Shown here: piece after piece, positions 56,069 to 64,000 of the stretch
How the letters are laid out: each line of letters opens with the position of its first letter
Position numbering within the stretch: position 1 is the first letter of the stretch
Source: the human T2T-CHM13v2.0 reference genome, Homo sapiens
Reading direction: 5' to 3' (one strand)
DNA length: 64,000 nt
NCBI RefSeq assembly: GCF_009914755.1
Contig: NC_060939.1
The notes under the pieces: model-generated
What the model saw: only the letters and a program-made list of their open reading frames with translations
What the model was told of the DNA's origin: nothing
Databases searched by the model: none
Translations under genes and position numbers: made by a program

Positions 56069-59000
56069 CTAGGATGTGCCTAAATTAACTTTTTGACATA
56101 ACCCTGTACTGATCATCCAGGTGATGGAGCTTTTGTCTAGGCTCTGCCTAAGGGGGCATTGTGACATATTTCTGCATTGATCACCCAGGTGGCGAACTCT
56201 TCTCTCGGATCTGCCTATGTGGGCATTGTGAGAAATCTCTGCACTGATCACCCAGGTGATGTAACTGTTGTGTAACCTCTGCCTACAGGTTAATTGTGAG
56301 AGATCTCGTCACTGATTACCCAAGTGATGTAACCATTGTCTAGGCTTTTCGTACAGGGGGCTTTGTGACATACATTTGCACTGAACACCCAGGTGATGTA
56401 TCACATCAAAGCTCGGCCTAAAGGAGCTTTGTGACATATCTCTTCACTGATAACTTAGGTGATGTAACACTTTTATAATCACTGCCTACAGGGAATTTTG
56501 ACAAATCTCTGCACTGATCACCTAGGTGATATAACTCTTGTCTACCCTCTGTCCAACGGGGCATTGTGAAATGTCTCTGCACTGATCACCCAGGTGATTC
56601 AACTCTTGACTAGGAACTGCCTACAGAGGTTATTGTGAAATATCTCTGCACTGATAAACTAGGTGGTGTAACCCTTGTCCAAGCTCTGCCTACAGGGGCG
56701 TTTCCACATATCCCTGAGCTGATGACAAAGGTGATGTAACTCTTGCCTAGGCTTTGCCTACAGGGAACATTGGACATATATCTGCACTGATCACCCAGGT
56801 GATGCAACTCTTGCCTAGGCTTTTCCTACAGGGGACATTGTGACATATCTCTTCAATGATCACTCATGTGATGCATCTCTTGCCTAGGCTTTGCGTAAAG
56901 GGGACATTGTTACATATCTCTGCACTGATCTCCCAGGTGCTGTAACTTTAGTCTAGGCTCTGGCTACACGGCATTGTGACATATCACTGCACTGATCAAC
57001 CAGGTGATATAACTCTTGTATAGGCTCTGCCTACAGGGAGATTGTGACCTACCTCTGCACTGATCACCCAGGTGATATAACTCTTCTCTAGGATCTGCCT
57101 ACAGGGTACTTTGTGACATATCCCTGCACTGATCACCCAGGTGATCTAACTCTGGTCTAAGCTCTGCCTAAAGGGGCATTGTGACAGATCTCTGCACTGA
57201 TCCCTCTGGTGATGTAAGTATTGTCTAGGCTCTGCTTCAAGGGGCCTTGTCACATATCTCTGCACTGATCACCCAGGTGATGTAACTCTTGTCTAGGCTC
57301 TGCTTCCAGGGCATACTGTGACATATCTATGCACTGATCACCTTAGTGATGTAACACTTTGGTAGGCTCGGCCTACAGGGGAATCTTGACATATCTCTGC
57401 ACTGTTAACCGAGGTGATCTAACCCTTGTCTAGGCTGTGCCCACAGGGGGATTGAGACATAACTCTGCACTGATCCCGAGTTGATACAACTCTTGCCTGG
57501 TCTCTGCCTACTGTGGACATTGTGACATATCTCTGCACTGATCTCCCAGGTGCTGTAACTTTAGTCTAGGCTCCGGCTACAAAGTATTGTGACATATCAC
57601 TTGAAGTGATCACCCAGGCGATATAACTTTTCTCTGGGATCTGACCACAGGGTGCTTTGTGCCATAACCCTGCAATGATCACCCAGGTGATATACCACTT
57701 GCCAAGGCTCTGCCTACTGGGGCATTGCAATGTATCTCTGCACTGATCACCTAGGTCTTGTAGCTATTTTCTAGGATCTGCCTACAGGGTGCTTTGTGAC
57801 GTGTCCCAGCAAGGATTACCCAGGTGATGTACCTCTCATCAAGGCTCTGCCTACAGGCACATTGTGAGGTATCTCTGCACTGATCACCTTGGTCATGTAA
57901 CTTTTTTCTAGGCTCTACCTACGATGGCATTGTGACATATGTCTGCACTAATCATCCAAGTGATGTAACCCTTGTCTTGGATGTGCCTAAATTAACTTTT
58001 TGACATAACCCTGTACTGATCATCCAGGTTATGGAGCTTTTCTCTAGGCTCTGTCTAAGGGGGCATTGTTACATATTTCTGCATTGATCACCCAGGTGGC
58101 GAACTCTTCTCTCGGATCTGCCTATGGGGGCATTGTGAGAAATCTCTGCACTGATCACCCAGGTGATGTAACTTTTGTGTTACCTCTGCCTGCAGGTTAA
58201 TTGTGAGAGATCTCGTCACTGATTACCCAAGTGATGTAACCATTGTCTAGGCTTTTCGTACAGGGGGCTTTGTGACATAACTTTGCACTGATCACCCAGG
58301 TGATGTATCACATCAAAGTTCGGCCTAAAGGAGCTTTGTGACATATCTCTGCACTGATCACTTAGGTGATGTAACACTTTTATAATCACTGCCTACAGGG
58401 AATTTTGACAAATCTCTGCACTGATCACCTAGGTGATGTAACTCTTGTCTACCCTCTGTCCAACGGGGCATTGTGAAATGTCTCTGCACTGATCACCCAG
58501 ATGATACAACTCTTGACTAGGAACTGCCTACAGAGGTTATTTTGAAATATCTCTGCACTGATAAACTAGGTGGTGTAACCCTTGTCCAAGCTATGCCTAC
58601 AGGGGCGTTTCCACATTTCCCTGAACTGATGACAAAGGTGATGTAACTCTTGCCTAGGCTTTGCCTACAGGGAACATTGGACATATATCTGCACTGATCA
58701 CCCAGGTGATGCAACTCTTGCCTAGGCTTTGCCTACAGGGGACATTGTGGCATATCTCTTCAATGATCACTCATGTGATGCATCTCTTGCCTAGGCTTTG
58801 TCTACAGGGGACATTGTGACATATCTCTGCACTGATCTCCCAGGTGCTGTAACTTTAGTCTAGGCTCTGGCTACACGGCATTGTGACATATCAATGCACT
58901 GATCAACCAGGTGATATAACTCTTGTATAGGCTCTGCCTACAGGGGGATTGTGACCTACCTCTACACTGATCACCCAGGTGATATAACTCTTCTCTAGGA

Positions 59001-61787
59001 TCTGCCTACAGGGTACTTTGTGACATATCCCTGCACTGATCACCCAGGTGATCTAACTCTGGTCTAAGCTCTGCCTAAAGGGGCATTGTGACAGATCTCT
59101 GCACTGATCACTCTGGTGATGTAAGTATTGTCTAGGCTCTGCTTCAAGGGGCCTTGTCACATATCTCTGCACTGATCACCCAGGTGATGTAACTCTTGTC
59201 TAGGCTCTGCTTCCAGGGCATATTGTGACATATCTATGCACTGATCACCTTAGTGATGTAACACTTTGGTACGCTCGGCCTACAGGGGAATCTTGACATA
59301 TCTCTGCACTGTTAACCGAGGTGATTTAACTCTTGTCTAGGCTGTGCCCACAGGGGGATTGAGACATGTCTCTGCACTGATCCCGAGGTAATACAACTCT
59401 TGCCTGCTCTCTGCCTGCTGTGGACATTGTGACATATCTCTGCACTGATCTCCCAGGTGCTGTAACTTTAGTCTAGGCTCCGGCTACACGGCATTGTGAT
59501 ATATCACTGCACTGATCACCCAGGCGATATAACTCTTCTCTAGGATCTGACCACAGGGTGCTTTGTGACATATCCCTGCAATGATCACCCAGGTGATATA
59601 CCACTTGCCAAGGCTCTGCCTACAGGGGCAATGCAATGTATCTCTGCACTGATCACCTAGGTCTTGTAGCTAATTTCTAGGATCAGCCGACAGGGTGCTT
59701 TGTGACGTGTCCCAGCAAGGATTACCCAGGTGATGTACCTCTCATCAAGGCTCTGCCTACAGGCACATTGTGATGTATCTCTGCACTGATCACCTAGGTC
59801 ATGTAACTTTTTTCTAGGCTCTACCTACGATGGCATTGTGACATATCTCTGCATTAATCATCCAAGTGATATAACTCTTGTCTAGGATGTGCCTAAATTA
59901 ACTTTTTGACATAACCCTGTACTGATCATCCAGGTGATGGAGCTTTTGTCTATGCTCTGCCTAAGGGGGCATTGTGACATATTTCTGCATTGATCACCCA
60001 GGTGGCGAACTCTTCTCTCGGGTCTGCCTATGGGGGCATTGTGAGAAATCTCTGCACTGATCACCCAGGTGATGTAACTGTTGTGTAACCTCTGCCTACA
60101 GGGGAATTGTGAGAGATCTCGTCACTGATTACCCAAGTGATGTAACCATTGTCTAGGCTTTGCGTACAGGGGGCTTTGTGACATACCTTTGCACTGATCA
60201 CCCAGGTGATGTAACACATCTAAGTTCGGCCTAAAGGAGCTTTGTGACATATCTCTGCACTGATCACTTAGGTGATGTAACACTTTTATAATCACTGCCT
60301 ACAGGGAATTTTGACAAATCTCTGCACTGATCACCTAAGTGATGTAACTCTTGTCTACCCTCTGTCCAACTGGGCATTGTGAAATATCTCTGCACTGATC
60401 ACCCAGGTGATTCAACTCTTGACTAGGAACTGCCTACAGAGGTTATTGTGAAATATCTCTGCACTGATAAACGAGGTGGTGTAACCCTTGTCCAAGCTCT
60501 GCCTACAGGGGCGTTTCCACATATCCCTGAACTGATGACAAAGGTGATGTAACTCTTGCCTAGGCTTTGCCTACAGGGAACATTGCACATATATCTGCAC
60601 TGATCACCCAGGTGATGCAACTCTTGCCTAGGCTTTGCCTACAGGGGACATTGTGACATATCTCTTCAATGATCACTCATGTGATGCATCTCTTGCCTAG
60701 GCTTTGCCTACAGGCGACATTGTGACATATCTCTGCACTGATCTCCCAGGTGCTGTAACTTTAGTCTAGGCTCTGGCTACACGGCATTGTGACATATCTC
60801 TGCACTGATCAACCGGGTGATATAACTCTTGTATAGGCTCTGCCTACAGGGGGATTGTGACCTACCTCTGCACTGATCACCCAGGTGATATAACTCTTCT
60901 CTAGGATCTGCCTACAGGGTACTTTGTGACATATCCCTGCACTGATCACGCAGGTGATCTAACTCTGGTCTAAGCTCTGCCTAAAGGGGCATAGTGACAG
61001 ATCTCTGCACTGATCCCTCTGGTGATGTAAGTATTGTCTAGGCTCTGCTTCAAGGGGCCTTGTCACATATCTCTGCACTGATCACCCAGGTGATGTAACT
61101 CTTGTCTAGGCTCTGCTTCCAGGGCATATTGTGACATATCTATGCACTGATCACCTTAGTGATGTAACACTTTGGTAGGCTCGGCCTACAGGGGAATCTT
61201 GACATATCTCTGCACTGTTAACCGAGGTGATTTAACCCTTGTCTAGGCTGTGTCCACAGGGGGATTGAGACATATCTCTGCACTGATCCCGAGGTGAGAC
61301 AACTCTTGCCTGGTCTCTGCCTACTGTGGACATTGGGACATATCTCTGCACTGATCTCCCAGGTGCTGTAACTTTAGTCTAGGCTCCTGCTACAAGGCAT
61401 TGTGACATATCACTGCACTGATCACCCAGGCGATATAACTCTTCTCTAGGATCTGACCACAGGGTGCTTTGTGACATATCCCTGCAATGATCACCCAGGT
61501 GATATACCACTTGCCAAGGCTCTGCCTACAGGGGCATTGCAATGTATCTCTGCACTGATCACCTAGGTCTTGTAGCTATTTTCTAGGATCTGCCTACAGG
61601 GTGCTTTGTGACGTGTCCCAGCAAGGATTACCCAGGTGATGTACCTCTCATCAAGGCTCTGCCTACAGGCACATTGTGATGTATCTCTGCACTGATCACC
61701 TTGGTCATGTAACTTTTTTCTAGGCTCTACCTACGATGGCATTGTGACATATGTCGGCACTAATCATCCAAGTGATGTAACCCTTGT

Positions 61788-63964
61788 CTAGGATGTGCCT
61801 AAATTAACTTTTTGACATAACCCTGTACTGATCATCCAGGTTATGGAGCTTTTCTCTAGGCTCTGTCTAAGGGGGCATTGTGACATATTTCTGCATTGAT
61901 CACCCAGGTGGCGAACTCTTCTCTCGGATCTGCCTATGGGGGCATTGTGAGAAATCTCTGCACTGATCACCCAGGTGATGTAACTGTTGTGTTACCTCGG
62001 CCTACAGGTTAATTGTGAGAGATCTCGTCACTGATTACCCAAGTGATGTAACCATTGTCTAGGCTTTTCGTACAGGGGGCTTTGTGACATACCTTTGCAC
62101 TGATCACCCAGGTGATGTATCACATCAAAGTTCGGCCTAAAGGAGCTTTGTGACATATCTCTGCACTGATCACTTAGGTGATGTAACACTTTTATAATCA
62201 CTGCCTACAGGGAATTTTGACAAATCTCTGCACTGATCACCTAGGTGATGTAACTCTTGTCTACCCTCTGTCCAACGGGGCATTGTGAAATGTCTCTGCA
62301 CTGATCACCCAGGTGATTCAACTCTTGACTAGGAACTGCCTACAGAGGTTATTGTGAAATATCTCTGCACTGATAAACTAGGTGGGGTAACCCCTGTCCA
62401 AGCTCTGCCTACAGGGGCGTTTCCACATATCCCTGAACTGATGACAAAGGTGATGTAACCATTGCCTAGGCTTTGCCCACAGGGAACATTGGACATATAT
62501 CTGCACTGATCACCCAGCTGATGCAACTCTTGCCTAGGCTTTGCCTACAGGGGACATTGTGACATATCTCTTCAATGATCACTCATGTGATGCATCTCTT
62601 GCCTAGGCTTTGCCTACAGGGGACATTGTGACATATCTCTGCACTGATCTCCCAGGTGCTGTAACTTTAGTCTAGGCACTGGCTACACGGCATTGTGACA
62701 TATCACTGCACTGATCAACCAGGTGATATAACTCTTGTATAGGCTCTGCCTACAGGGGGATTGTGACCTACCTCTGCACTGATCACCCAGGTGATATAAC
62801 TCTTCTCTAGGATCTGCCTACAGGGTACTTTGTGACATATCCCTGCACTGATCACCCAGGTGATCTAACTCTGGTCTAAGCTCTGCGTAAAGGGGCATTG
62901 TGACAGATCTCTGCACTGATCCCTCTGGTGATGTAAGTATTGTCTAGGCTCTGCTTCAAGGCGCCTTGTCACATATCTCTGCACTGATCACCCAGGTGAT
63001 GTAACTCTTGTCTAGGCTCTGGCTACACGGCATTGTGACCTACGTCTGCAATGATCACCCAGGTGATATAACTCTTCTCTAGGATCTGCCTACAGGGTAA
63101 TTTGTGACATATCCCTGCACTGATCACCCAGGTGATCTAACTCTGGTCTAAGCTCTGCCTAAAGGGGCATTGTGACAGATCTCTGCACTGATCACTCTGG
63201 TGTTGTAAGTATTGTCTAGGCTCTGCTTCAAGGGGCCTTGTCACATATCTCTGCACTGATCACCCAGGTGATGTAACTATTGTCTAGGCTCTGCTTCCAG
63301 GGCATATTGTGACATATCTATGCACTGATCACCTTAGTGATGTAACACTTTGGTAGGCTCGGCCTACAGGGGAATCTTGACATATCTCTGCACTGTTAAC
63401 CGAGGTGATTTAACTCTTGTCTAGGCTGTGCCCACAGGGGGATTGAGACATATCTCTGCACTGATCCCGAGGTCATACAACTCTTGCCTGGTCTCTGCTA
63501 CTGTGGACATTGTGACATATTTCTGCACAGATCTCCCAGGTGCTGTAACTATACTCTAGGCTCTGGCTACACGGCATTGTGACATATCACTGCACTGATC
63601 ACCCAGGCGATATAACTCTTCTCTAGGATCTGACCACAGGGTGCTTTGTGACATATCCCTGCAATGATCACCCAGGTGATATACCACTTGCCAAGGCTCT
63701 GCTTACAGGGGCATTGCAATGTATCTCTGCACTGATCACCTAGGTCTTGTAGCTATTTTCTAGGATCTGCCTACAGGGTGCTTTGTGACGTGTCCCAGCA
63801 AGGATTACCCAGGTGATGTACCTCTCATCAAGGCTCTGCCTACAGGCACATTGTGATGTATCTCTGCACTGATCACCTCGGTCATGTAACTTTTTTCTAG
63901 GCTCTACCTACGATGGCATTGTGACATATCTCTGCACTAATCATCCAAGTGATGTAACTCTTGT
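61788..63964. repeat. 32-mer HOR variant (2177 bp) with a 272-bp four-monomer insertion at 63012-63283
   Basis: Landmark spacing is 2177 = 1906 + 272 - 1. After M18 the sequence returns to a fused M14/15 monomer, then M16, M17 and M18 again. A 1-bp deletion lies near 63498. Confidence 0.9.
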
Positions 63965-64000
63965 CTAGGATGTGCCTAAATTAACTTTTTGACATAACCC

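Larger units (their letters stand above)
1..64000. repeat. Beta satellite (68-bp Sau3A / BSR family) tandem array, roughly 940 monomers, extending beyond both window edges
   Basis: A 67-69-bp monomer recurs head-to-tail throughout with the core TGCACTGATCACCCAGGTGATGTAAC (GATC Sau3A site) and CTAGGCTCTGCCTACAGGGGCATTGTGACA. This matches the human/ape beta satellite consensus as I recognise it. The consensus monomer is 50% GC. No unique sequence was seen. Confidence 0.97.

Noticed and set aside
57575-57725. Local substitution/indel cluster (AAAGTATTG, ATCACTTGAAGTGAT); similar clusters near 30090-30240 and 41588
   Set aside because: These are single-copy and still alignable to the monomer. 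They cannot be distinguished from consensus error without reads.
1-64000. CRISPR-like appearance: palindromic conserved core with more variable intervening sequence at ~68-bp period
   Set aside because: The apparent spacers are homologous to each other and recur every 28 monomers. There are no unique spacers, leader or cas genes.
1-64000. Alpha satellite / CENP-B boxes, or a specific chromosome assignment
   Set aside because: The period is 68 bp rather than 171 bp and no CENP-B box was seen. There is no unique flank to place the array.

Overview
The whole 64-kb window is one uninterrupted, single-orientation tandem array of the ~68-bp primate beta satellite (Sau3A/BSR family). The consensus monomer is CTAGGCTCTGCCTACAGGGGCATTGTGACATATCTCTGCACTGATCACCCAGGTGATGTAACTCTTGT. 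I see no genes, RNA genes, transposons or CRISPR arrays, and the supplied ORFs are translations of the satellite. The array has a strict higher-order repeat (HOR). The landmark CTAGGATGTGCCTAAATTAACTTTTTGACATAACCC occurs 34 times (943, 2849, 4755, 6593 ... 61788, 63965), defining 33 complete units: 20 canonical 28-mers (1904-1907 bp), 7 27-mers (1836-1838 bp, from three different deletions), 5 diverged 29-mers (1971-1974 bp, one block at 46.2-56.1 kb) and one 32-mer (2177 bp). Monomers are numbered M1-M28 from the landmark. The main interest is the readable evolutionary history: a probably ancestral 29-mer, parallel deletions at paralogous positions, an out-of-register recombinant unit and SNP-defined duplications of one or more HORs. 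Species and chromosome cannot be determined from the sequence alone. All comparisons were made by eye.
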